Origin: Octopus bimaculoides
Lineage: Eukaryota
Assembly (NCBI RefSeq): GCF_001194135.2
Contig: NC_068995.1
Coordinates: 8,777,378 to 8,814,447, forward strand
Reading direction: 5' to 3'
DNA length: 37,070 bases
Below the pieces are notes generated by a model. It was given only the letters and a program-made list of their open reading frames with translations, searched no databases and was not told where the DNA came from. Shown here piece after piece: positions 26,316 through 37,070 of the stretch; positions within the stretch are counted from its first letter, which is position 1, and every line of letters begins with the position of its first letter. A program made the position numbers and the translations under genes.

Positions 26316-26549
26316 GGCGGCGAGCTGGCAGAAACGTTAGCACGCCGGGCGAAATACTTAGCAGTATTTCGTCTGCCGTTACATTCTGAGTTCAAATTCC
26401 GCCGAGGTCAACTTTGTCTTTCATACTTTCGGGATCGATAAATTATGTACCAGTTACGCACTGGGGTAGATGTAATCGACTTAATCCCTTTGTCTGTCCT
26501 TGTTTGTCCCTTCTATGTTTCACCCCTTGTGGGCAATAAAGAAATAAGG
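26316..26549 (+). mobile_element. SINE family A head and core with an alternative tail, full length
   Basis: GGCGGCGAGCTGGCAGAAACGTTAG..GAGTTCAAATTCCGCCGAGGTC, then tail CTTAATCCCTTTGTCTGTCCTTGTTTGTCCC..CCCCTTGTGGGCAATAAAGAAATAAG. Confidence 0.9.
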
Positions 26550-26813
26550 AAAATTTTAAGATGCTAGGACAAAATTCATTGGAATATTTCTTCGAAGTTA
26601 AGACGGNNNNNNNNNNAACTTTGTCTTTCATACTTTCGGGATCGATAAATTATGTACCAGTTACGCACTGGGGTAGATGTAATCGACTTAATCCCTTTGT
26701 CTGTCCTTGTTTGTCCCTTCTATGTTTCACCCCTTGTGGGCAATAAAGAAATAAGGAAAATTTTAAGATGCTAGGACAAAATTCATTGGAATATTTCTTC
26801 GAAGTTAAGACGG
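26410..26813. other. Exact 197-bp duplication either side of a 10-N gap, probable assembly artefact
   Basis: 26410-26606 equals 26617-26813, with N at 26607-26616. Confidence 0.85.
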
Positions 26814-27010
26814 CTTGCTGGTAGAATCGTTAGCACGCCGAGCGAAATGCTAAGCGGAATTTTGGCTCTCTTAACGTTCTGAGTTCAAAGTCCGCCGAGA
26901 TCGGCTTTGCTTTTTAACCCTTTTGTGGTCGATAAAATAAGTACCAGCTGAGTTCAGGGGTCGATGAATATGACTTACCCACTTTCACAATATTACTTGC
27001 CTCGTGCCAA
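26808..27010 (+). mobile_element. SINE family A copy
   Basis: GACGGCTTGCTGGTAGAATCGTTAGCACGCCGAGCGAAATGCTAAGCGG..GAGTTCAAAGTCCGCCGAGATCG, with a tail ending GTGCCAAAGTTTGAATCCAATATT. Confidence 0.85.
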
Positions 27011-27040
27011 AGTTTGAATCCAATATTTTTTGAAGATTCA

Positions 27041-27215
27041 GGCACCGTACTGATAGAATTGTTAGCACACCGGGCAAAATGCTTAGCAGCGTTTCGCTCC
27101 CATTTACGTTCTGAGTTCAAATTCGTCGACTTGGAATGTTATCCTTTCGGGGTTCATAACATACCAGTTGAATACTAGGATCGATCTATACGACTTAATC
27201 GATGGGCCTGTGCCG
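27041..27215 (+). mobile_element. SINE family A copy, diverged
   Basis: GTTAGCACACCGGGCAAAATGCTTAGC..GTTCTGAGTTCAAATTCGTCGAC..CCTTTCGGGGT..TACCAGTTGAATACT. Confidence 0.75.
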
Positions 27216-28348
27216 ATATTTCTTCATGGTCATTGTATTCTGAGCTCACATCACGCTGTAGTCTATCTGAATGTTGACATAATCCGATACCACTTTTAAC
27301 GAAGCCGCGTGGTACCATGCGTGCCCTTGGAAAAACATATTCGACCTAGGTTTTCCGTTAAAAGATATCTTCATTTTCGCAACCATCAGTCTCAGAAACC
27401 CTGTACAGCTTCATTTACAACACTTGACCTCTTGCCCAAAGCATATAAGAAACACATTGAGGACCAGAAATGTTAGGGGTGGGGAGCGTGAATAAAGATA
27501 CAGAGTTTTGGATGGCGCTTAATATATAAGGAAATATCTGGTGAATTTCAAGGCAGAGTTTGTGATCCCAAGCTACAGAGAAATAATGAAACAACAGCTA
27601 GAACTTACAGAACAAATAACCCGATTCTTAATTTAGCATTCTTTGAAAGCGCAATATCGAGCGGAAACACGAAAATGTAGGGCCTAAAATTTCAAGGGTG
27701 TTAATATAGGAAATCCTATGAAGCGGTATGTTGGGGTTATGTAGCTAGATCCGCAATGTTGGAATTGAACTTAACAGAGCAATGAAAAGGAATGAAAAGA
27801 AGAAAGTAGTTTTACTCGTGCAGTTGGTAAAGCAATGTCGCAGATACGACAAAGCCGAGGGTAAAGAAAGAGCGAATTGTTAATAAGTTGCTGAACGCAA
27901 TGGTTGATATATGGTCGCAGTTGAGCTATTTTGATATATTATCCGCGTGGTTAATGGGGAAAACACCTGAAGTGTGAACCCAAAGTATGCAGATATTTAA
28001 CGGTTGCATAAAAGTTGATCGGCACAACTAGAAAGAATGATTCTGTAGGGAGATGGCAATATCATGTTAAGGAAAACTGAGAACTGATAAAGATAGTGTC
28101 CCTCATTATATATATATATATNNNNNNNNNNNNNNNNNNNNNNNNNNNNNNNNNNNNNNNNNNNNNNNNNNNNNNNNNNNNNNNNNNNNNNNNNNNNNNN
28201 NNNNNNNNNNNNNNNNNNNNNNNNNNNNNNNNNNNNGTCACATTCCCAATAATCTGAAAGGATGTATATCTAATCCGATGAACGGGATCACGTGATTTGA
28301 ATAATTATAAATTAGGTAGAAACTGCAATAACCACATACGTTAGTGTG

Positions 28349-28390
<42 letters not shown>

Positions 28391-29601
28391 TGTGTGCGCG
28401 TGTGTGTGTGTATGAGTGAGCGCGTGTGTGTGGTGTGTGCATGTGTTAGAAATGAGGTAAGACTTTAAATGGAAAGTGTAATGGAAGATAGATACTTAAA
28501 CGTAGCCGTCAATCGCTGTGTCACAAAGGACTTTTGTAGATTATCGCCAAATACTCATTCGAAACGGTTGTTCAATGATTGATACACAAAACGCGAAACT
28601 TAAAGACAAAATAAAATATATAAACTCTGTGGATGGTGCAGAAAAAAATGAAATACTGCTTGACGACGTACATCGCTGGATTTCCGTCCGGGGAATTTTG
28701 AAATATGCGTAACCCTGTTCAGTTGTAATTCAACTGAGAACTGCTTGATACTACGGCCAGGTGGCATATGTGACGCAAGATATTTGGCTTGTGTCAAGTT
28801 GAGATCCAATGAGTTTCCCACTAGGGAATGCCTGACTGGAGGTGGTCTTCGTTCTAATATCTGCAGGCACTCTGATGCCGTTACTGAAATTAAAACATTA
28901 GAACTTGATAAAACGTTAGGCTTTTCAATAAAATAAAAGAGCAAATTACAATGATTATGAAAAGGGATATAGTAATCCAAGAAATAATATATAAAATACA
29001 ACGAGACTGTGAGTAAGCTTAATACCATCTTTGAAAGATAGTCTTAAAGAAATTATGGTGTGAAGGGGAATACAGCTGCACTTTCGGTAAAGTTAAAATC
29101 ACATGGGACTACAACAGGTGTTGGAAGTGGCTAGTTTGGAAAGTCAGAGAATAAGAAAAGATAATTGGGGGGGGGGGAGAATAACGGTGACACAGACAGA
29201 CAGAAAGTAGATACAAGTCGTAGTAGTCAGAGTAAGCGAACTTGAACATGCAAGAAGTTTTTGTTGTGTTCATCAGAAACCATGAATGTAAGAAAATGTC
29301 GCAAACAGTAAAAATACTTAAAATACAGAACAACCGAAAATGTGGTTGTCATCAGCTACATCGTTAAAGACTACGGCCGTTTCATTGCCTTGAAATGGAA
29401 CCGCTGCCTTAGTGCCTTGAAAATGCTACTCGTATATCTTTATAAGTCATTGTAGTCTTCCATAAATTAGAAAATGCTAAATATATTTCATCAGCTTTCT
29501 TATCTATGTGTGAACAGTGTTTGTAAATATGTAAGCTTTTAATTCATATGAGTTTATTTATGGCCTTCTTTTTTAATTCTTTATTCTTCTTCTCTGTAAA
29601 G

Positions 29602-29808
29602 CATCACATTGACACAGAATACATTGCAAAGATCGATTGCAAAACCAATTCGCTTCCACAACCATGAAATGGAGATCACTTCAAACGTCTCTTCTACCGT
29701 CTTTGCTCCGATGGCGATAATAGAAACATCCATTGATTTCTGCGACGACATTGAACTCTATGAAGAGAATTCATGCCTGGGAGAATTTATATTATCCCGG
29801 ATGATCAG
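29602..29808 (+). other. Candidate internal exon (207 nt, phase 2-2), product unrecognised
   Basis: Pyrimidine tract TTATTCTTCTTCTCTGTAAAG acceptor, CAG|GTGAGA donor, one open frame (ITLTQNTLQRSIAKP...GEFILSRMI). Confidence 0.3.
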
Positions 29809-30589
29809 GTGAGATGTCAAGAATTTATTACCAGGCACTGCTGTGGTGTCTTTCCGTAGTCAGGATGCTTAACTTTCAACAAACTAAGCCAATCATCTCT
29901 AAATAGACAGGATGTGTGGTGTATAAAAAGTCATTTCTGCATATATCAGTATTATAGCTAAGATTACACTGGTGTCTTCAAATACACAACCGCGGCGTAC
30001 ATAGATTAGCATTATGCACTACGATCCGTAGGGGACACGGGCAAATACCGCGTATGCATAGGCCTTAAAACGGCACAGTTTTATATCCGACACGCCTATA
30101 ACAGTGCTGTCTGGTTTAATGCTTCATCGAAAACTTGTATCATGATTAACGGATTTGCTTTTCGCGTACAAAAGCATTCCATCCAGAGAGAGGTTTATTA
30201 CTCATTCACTTAACTCTAATGTAAGAGACGAATGTGAAGATCAGCAGCTGTGCTCTGAAGCTTTGGGATTCGGAAATAAGTTAATAAATGCGGTAAGCCA
30301 TAAATGACAGGCGAAAAAAATTAATCTGATGTCAAAGCTTCCCTTTGATTGGTTAAATCTTGATCACATATATGTCACTTAAACGCATTTTAATATGATT
30401 TCATACTAAATTTAGGAAAATGCTTAAATAACAAAATCTAAATTCATTTTCTGCAGGTAAAAAAAAGAAATTCCGTTATCTAAATTAATATTTTGAACAC
30501 GGTGCTGAGACAGAAACATTAGAACGGCGTTCTAAATGCATTACAAGTTTTGCTTTTGTTTTTTTATATTTTTTTCTCAATCCTTCTAG

Positions 30590-30660
30590 CTTCTGACATT
30601 AAAAGCATTCTATTACAAGGTCGATATTACCATTCATCACTGTGGGATCGATAAACCAAA
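30590..30660 (+). mobile_element. Degraded SINE family A core fragment
   Basis: CAAGGTCGATATTACCATTCATCACTGTGGGATCGATAAA resembles the core GAGGTCGACTTTGCCTTTCATCCTTTCGGGGTCGATAAA. Confidence 0.4.
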
Positions 30661-31959
30661 TGTTAGCCATGGAGCTGAATTCTTTCAATGGCCGCATCAC
30701 AAACCTTCCAGTCTGTATTTTCGTGTAATTATGAGAAAGTATTGAATATATTCTCGCAGTAATTAGTTTGTCTCCACAAGTAGAGAGTGAGACAAATTGA
30801 ACAACGTAATTTAACTGCTAAGTGGACAACGTCATTTTTAGTTTCGGTTTCAAATCTATCTAAATCCTACGACTACTTTAATCAGATTATGGGCAATAAA
30901 TTTGATATCGGGTATACAATTTTCTTCTGTGTGCAACAGTTACTTTTGAACATACACACTTGCTTGCTCTTGTGAAGAATTAATGATATGCATGATTCCT
31001 GGCATATTAAATTATAAAAGGCTCCCGCCGCCACACACCAACTTGCTAATATAAGAATATTTAGTTGTACATCTGTCTATATTGTAGTGGATTCAAGTCT
31101 CTGGTGGGACGAATCTTTGTCTTCCATTGATATTTATTAAGCTTCCCATACAACACATTTATAATCTATGTTATTTCAGGATAAATGCTACTGTAACTGC
31201 TATAACAACAATATATATATATATATATATANNNNNNNNNNNNNNNNNNNNNNNNNNNNNNNNNNNNNNNNNNNNNNNNNNNNNNNNNNNNNNNNNNNNN
31301 NNNNNNNNNNNNNNNNNNNNNNNNNNNNNNNNNNNNNNNNNNNNNNNNNNNNNNNNNNNNNNNNNNNNNNNNNNNNNNNNNNNNNNNNNNNNNNNNNNNN
31401 NNNNNNNNNNNNNNNNNNNNNNNNNNNNNNNNNNNNNNNNNNNNNNNNNNNNNNNNNNNNNNNNNNNNNNNNNNNNNNNNNNNNNNNNNNNNNNNNNNNN
31501 NNNNNNNNNNNNNNNNNNNNNNNNNNNNNNNNNNNNNNNNNNNNNNNNNNNNNNNNNNNNNNNNNNNNNNNNNNNNNNNNNNNNNNNNNNNNNNNNNNNN
31601 NNNNNNNNNNNNNNNNNNNNNNNNNNNNNNNNNNNNNNNNNNNNNNNNNNNNNNNNNNNNNNNNNNNNNNNNNNNNNNNNNNNNNNNNNNNNNNNNNNNN
31701 NNNNNNNNNNNNNNNNNNNNNNNNNNNNNNNNNNNNNNNNNNNNNNNNNNNNNNNNNNNNNNNNNNNNNNNNNNNNNNNNNNNNNNNNNNNNNNTATATA
31801 TATATATATATATTTGCCTTGGCACCCACATAAACGAACACAGCTGAACTTTCTTTTCAGATTAAATTAGTAAAAAATCTCTATTTATTGTTATTACCAG
31901 CAAAAAAAAAGAAATTACATAACATTAATTAGACAGGTTCTAATTAATGAGGTGGCGTC

Positions 31960-32990
31960 AGCTGTAACAATTTTCCCCGAGTCCGGGTACGTTGTGACAC
32001 TTACTTGTGTACTTTGTTACAAGTGTCGATGACTCGGAATTATGTTAACAAACAAGTTTAACATGAATATGTCTCCTGCTACTTGCATCAAGGAAGTATT
32101 ATTTTAATTAATTAACTTTGCTTGGAACCACCTCATATCCTAACTGTGATAGTCAGAGTCCTCATCAACCAATTTCCCCATTGTTACATGTGCCATCTAG
32201 TCGGAATCGTCCACCATTAACTTCTCCCAACACAGATCACACAGAGAGCCCTGTCGTCCATCGGTACAGTCAGCGCGTGCCCAGTCTTTACAGATCATGC
32301 ACTGCGCCCATTCTTCACCTGGAAGGGTGTTGGAATACCAATCTGAGCATACAAAGCATTTCCAATCGGTGACTTGCTTGCTGCGAGACTGCTTCTCTTC
32401 GGCTTTACCTGTTTTACTTGACTTTCCCTTTCCCTTTTTTGCCTTTTCTATAGCAGTTGCCTTCTTTGGTTTGGATTTCTGTTCGTTTATCTCATCTATT
32501 GTGCGCTGTTTTACGCAACATCCCGTAATGATTTCTTTTCATCCACAGCTTTTCTGATGGCTCTTTCCATGACATCAGGATATCTCCCGTTGTAGTATTC
32601 CTTTTGTAATTTCTAGGCATGGCGTGTTAAACGTTTTTACCTTGCTCTTCTTTCATTAATTCCCATATAACCCAAGAAAATCATCCTTATACTCGGTTAC
32701 ACCTTTCCATAGCCGGGAAATATCTTTCACAGCATCTCTGTGCATCTCTTTCACAGCATCTCTGTTCACTGGGTCATCTACATAGCTGTGCACAAAAAAT
32801 GATAGCAACATTTGCACGAAAAGAAAATGCTTTGCAAACCATGATCTTTTATCTTTGTTGAATGACTTCCCAAACACATCACTTCCGTCAGCAGTCATTT
32901 CGTGGTTATAACATGAATATTCTGTTCAAGGTTTATCTAGATTACAGCAACAAATTTACCATTGCATTACAGATAGAGTATGGCCCCTAT
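31960..32990 (-). mobile_element. Internally deleted pogo-like (Tc1/mariner superfamily) DNA transposon remnant, N-terminal HTH joined to C-terminal PHD finger; boundaries tentative
   Basis: Minus strand from the ATG at 32620 gives MPRNYKRNTT, then after a frameshift YPDVMERAIRKAVDEKKSLRDVA (pipsqueak/CENP-B-type HTH start). It then jumps to a Lys-rich linker and WKCFVCSDWYSNTLPGEEWAQCMICKDWARADCTDGRQGSLCDLC (PHD pattern, about 32370-32225). No DDE domain lies between them. Confidence 0.7.
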
Positions 32991-33011
32991 GAAAAGAAAA
33001 TAAGTAGTGTA

Positions 33012-33260
33012 AGGTTACCTTTTTGAATCATTCCGACTCATAAGGGCCGGTTTCCCGGTTTGCATAGCGTATATATTCCTCACCTGGACGGGACGCCGGT
33101 CAGTCGAAGGATTACCTACGTTTGCCTCCAGAGTGGAATAGCGGAACTTGAAATGAAGTGTTTTGCTCAAGAACACAACCTCTTACCCGATCCAGAAATC
33201 GAACCTACAACCTAACGATCGTGCGTCCAACACCTTAACCACTAAGTTACGTGCCTCCAC
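33012..33260 (-). mobile_element. tRNA-derived SINE with a Meta/CORE-like centre
   Basis: Head GTGGAGGCACGTAACTTAGTGGTTAAGG..GGTTCGATTTC, then TGTTCTTGAGCAAAACACTTCATTTCA, then GACTGACCGGCGTCCCGTCCAGG..AAACCGGGAAACCGG. The domain name is from recall of MetaSINE/CORE-SINE consensus and is not verified. Confidence 0.75.
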
Positions 33261-34043
33261 ATATGACACCTACACTCATCAAACATGAAAATACCATGAC
33301 ATCGATGTCAAAAGCAATGAAGTAATGTGTTCTTTGGGAGAGAACAGGAGCAAGCTGACATTTTCAAATTCAATATTTGTAGATGTGTGACGCAGAAATG
33401 TGAAGCTATCTTCTACAGACCAAACACTAAATACATTGATTTAGCAACTGCCAAACTACGACAATGGCTCCTATTCATTGCCGATGTATATGTAGTGGAA
33501 ATAAACCTACATACAAAATAAAGAGATAAAAATGATGATTTAATATCGGTTTATTGCAAAAGACCATTGCGATTCGTTTGACTTAATACGGATATTCTAT
33601 CAATATAAATTTTCATCAAGAAACTTTATAACCAAACTATATTTGACATCGGTTCAAGTAGCAAGCAGGCCCAAAGTATTCGTACTCCAGAATATTTCGT
33701 TATCCCTACTCCCATAATATATCTTATATGATGTAGCTTTCGAATCTTCAAGTAAAGAAACACTATGACTCCGAAAGCCACATGCAGAAAAAAAAAGGCT
33801 TCATCCAAGAGTGACACTATTCAACTTATGTAACATTTAATATCAGTCCTGCGAAAAATAAAGTTTGATAAAATATGGATATGTTTGCGCATGCGTATAT
33901 GCTTGTGTACGTGTCTATAGGGGTGGGAATGCAAACAAATGCACATACATATGTTTATACATACATATATATTATATTGAGACATATATGTAAATATATG
34001 TATACATATAAATGTAAATGTGTATATAATTAATATTAATATA

Positions 34044-35059
34044 TACGAAATAGTATCAAGGCGTTCCCGGTCAAAAGCGGAAGAGCGTCCCTGGAAGGCG
34101 ATGGGCGATCTGGAAGACCTTCCAGGAGCGTCACTCCAGGAAATGTGGAGAAAATTCATCAGCTTGAGCATGAAAATTATCGGGGGACAATGAAATATAT
34201 TTCTAATGTTGTTGATCTGTCGTACGGGTCCGTGCAGGCAATAATAACGTCTGGATTGAACATGCAGATGTGTCTCTGCCAGCTGACAACTGAACAGAAA
34301 GACCATCACGTCGAAGGCAGTCAAGATCTTGGTCAGTGTGCCGCTAATGTCCCATCCTTCATGTCGAAGATCATCACCGATGACGAGGGCTGGATCTAGG
34401 GTGCGACCCTGAGACGAAGCAATAATTGTCGTCTGTCACAGTGGGAGAGCTCTTCATTTCTCCGACCGAAAAAGGCACGACACAGTCACAGCTCATGGAA
34501 AAGCATGCTCATCCTTTTTGGATCTTTTTTCCGAAACCGTGATACTGTGCATCGAGATTTCGACCTCCAGGACCGGACTGCTAATCGAGAATTCTACTGC
34601 CACGTTTTGAAGTGTTTGATGGTGGACATTGGCGGAAAGTGATCGGATCTGTGGAGGGCCAAGAATAGGATTCTTCACGACGATGGTGAACACTGTAACT
34701 GAGCTTTCCTCGTGCGTGAATTTCTTGCCAAGAGCAACATGGTATCTCTTCCGCAATTACTCTCTTCGCCAGATTTACCACCTGCAGACTTCCATTTCTT
34801 CCCTAAACTGAAAATGCAGCTCAACGGTCGCCTTTGTCATAGCGTTGTCGAAATTTCAGAGCAAATGACAGAAGGTTTTCAACTCGCTTACAGAAAACGA
34901 CTTCCAGGCCGGATTCCAAAAGTATGGGGAACGCTGTAACCAGTGACTATTCCGGTGCGCAAGCTGACTATTGCGAAGGAGATGATGTTAAAATTAAAGT
35001 GATTGAATATTAGTTTTTTAAACATAATTAGTCCGGAAAGTTATTGACACAAACTCGTA
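34044..35059 (+). mobile_element. Non-autonomous mariner (D,D34D) element, internally deleted, transposase pseudogene
   Basis: Translation: KSGRASLEGDGRSGRPS (HTH region), IITDDEGWI*GCDPETKQ (first D), ILHDD-34 aa-PADF with SSPDL and FFPKLK. Second D codon at 34682, third at 34787. Imperfect 27-bp inverted ends at 34044-34070 and 35033-35059 (18/27 matching), each ending in TA. Confidence 0.9.
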
Positions 35060-35709
35060 AATGAAAACATTGGAAGTGCATATACACCTATATTGACACA
35101 CGCATCTACATGCATTCATATGTTTTATCTCTTAGTGTATGTTAAATATATGTATATATNNNNNNNNNNNNNNNNNNNNNNNNNNNNNNNNNNNNNNNNN
35201 NNNNNNNNNNNNNNNNNNNNNNNNNNNNNNNNNNNNNNNNNNNNNNNNNNNNNNNNNNNNNNNNNNNNNNNNNNNNNNNNNNNNNNNNNNNNNNNNNNNN
35301 NNNNNNNNNNNNNNNNNNNNNNNNNNNNNNNNNNNNNNNNNNNNNNNNNNNNNNNNNNNNNNNNNNNNNNNNNNNNNNNNNNNNNNNNNNNNNNNNNNNN
35401 NNNNNNNNNNNNNNNNNNNNNNNNNNNNNNNNNNNNNNNNNNNNNNNNNNNNNNNNNNNNNNNNNNNNNNNNNNNNNNNNNNNNNNNNNNNNNNNNNNNN
35501 NNNNNNNNNNNNNNNNNNNNNNNNNNNNNNNNNNNNNNNNNNNNNNNNNNNNNNNNNNNNNNNNNNNNNNNNNNNNNNNNNNNNNNNNNNNNNNNNNNNN
35601 NNNNNNNNNNNNNNNNNNNNNNNNNNNNNNNNNNNNNNNNNNNNNNNNNNNNNNATATATATATTAATACATATATACATACACATATATGTGTACGCGT
35701 GTGAACATA

Positions 35710-35740
<31 letters not shown>

Positions 35741-36039
35741 CTAAGTGTATCTGTGTCGGTGTCTTAAAGAAAACGTGGAGTAAGGAAAAAAAAAAACCCA
35801 AAAAGTGGCTTTTATGTTGTAAATATGAGCCATGATCGCATATAACATATATAACACGCATACCTCGGGAAGTAATAACTAGCTCCTTCGCTTTTGGGGC
35901 ATTTTTTTTTTTTTTNNNNNNNNNNNNNNNNNNNNNNNNNNNNNNNNNNNNNNNNNNNNNNNNNNNNNNNNNNNNNNNNNNNNNNNNNNNNNNNNNNNNN
36001 NNNNNNNNNNNNNNNNNNNNNNNNNNNNNNNNNNNNNNN

Positions 36040-36077
<38 letters not shown>

Positions 36078-36288
36078 TCCGTTCTGAGACTCGTATTTAT
36101 ATATGTAAATATTGAAATACATATGTGTGTGTGTCAGCATGTGAGGTTGTGAGTGTAAGCGTGCGTATGATTTTCGCATGTGTGAGTGGAAGTGAGTGGG
36201 TATGTGCACCCAAACGTTGATGTCATGATATACTGGAAGTTATAGTTACATACAGGCCCATCAACTTTGGTATTTATGTGTGTGGCCA

Positions 36289-36324
<36 letters not shown>

Positions 36325-36892
36325 CACATATATATATATATACACACATACACACACAATGATATGTATGTATATACATATATATATACATATATANNNN
36401 NNNNNNNNNNNNNNNNNNNNNNNNNNNNNNNNNNNNNNNNNNNNNNNNNNNNNNNNNNNNNNNNNNNNNNNNNNNNNNNNNNNNNNNNNNNNNNNNNNNN
36501 NNNNNNNNNNATATATATATATACATACGCAAAAATATGTCCTTATGTGTATACGTATATGTATACAGTTTCAGCACATATAAGGTTCGGTTTGTGTATC
36601 TGGGTATGCAAATGCTTGCAAACACGTTTTGACTTCAAGTGAAACAAGTACATATATATTTCTTGTAACACTTTGACCTACTCCTTCGTTCACATCACAA
36701 TGTTTACCCTCAGATACACACACGGACATACACAATGACTACAAACACACGCACAAAAACATACGCATAGAAACAAGAACATGTGCTCAAAGTGAAAGAT
36801 ATATAGATATATCTGTATAAAGATATATCTGCATATATATGTGTATATGTATGTATATTCGTGTATATATATATATATAAATTTAAGCTTAG

Positions 36893-37070
36893 AGCTGCGG
36901 CCATGCTGATGCACCACCGTGTTGCTACACTGTTATTACAGGGAGCCTCTTACAATATGTGGAACTTGGTGAAGAATGGAGTTTGATTTAGCAACCCTCA
37001 TTTGCACCTCCTGCCGCGAGGTAGGTTCATCTGGGACTCTCGATAGGAAGAGGTCCGGCTTTGATTTAAA
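36893..37070. repeat. Probable interspersed-repeat fragment(s)
   Basis: GCTGCGGCCATGCTG..GCACC and the following GC-richer stretch resemble octopus repeats from recall only. There is no second copy in this window. Confidence 0.25.

Noticed and set aside
26410-26813. Exact 197-bp direct repeat as a biological duplication
   Set aside because: Identical copies either side of a 10-N gap are the usual sign of unmerged overlapping contig ends.
29889-31030. CCAAT and TATAAAA motifs (near 29889, 29922 and 31012) as a core promoter
   Set aside because: Such short motifs are expected by chance in AT-rich DNA and no transcript start is supported.
36941-37026. Exon-like segment bounded by TTACAG and GAG|GTAGGT
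   Set aside because: All three frames contain stops and the region looks repeat-derived. A non-coding exon cannot be excluded.

Overview
This is AT-rich eukaryotic (animal) non-coding DNA from a gapped draft assembly, with 12 N-runs, most of them next to (TA)n or (CA)n tracts. I infer a coleoid cephalopod, probably Octopus, from the very high microsatellite load and from SINE families that match, from memory, the abundant octopus tRNA-derived SINEs. I find no confidently identifiable host gene. Almost all ORFs in the track are translations of microsatellites or N-runs. What the sequence supports: about 10 copies or fragments of one SINE family (family A), five copies of SINEs that share a GTGGAGGCGC-type tRNA head but differ in body and tail, a decayed CR1/L2-group LINE ORF2 fragment (7457-9045, minus), an internally deleted pogo-like transposon keeping only its N-terminal HTH and a C-terminal PHD finger (about 31960-32990, minus), and an internally deleted mariner with D,D34D spacing and both TIRs (34044-35059). 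Several exon-like islands with splice signals are listed at low confidence. I did not find a new biological system. The best leads are modular SINE assembly, re-use of one retroposon target site, and the HTH-PHD pogo derivative.
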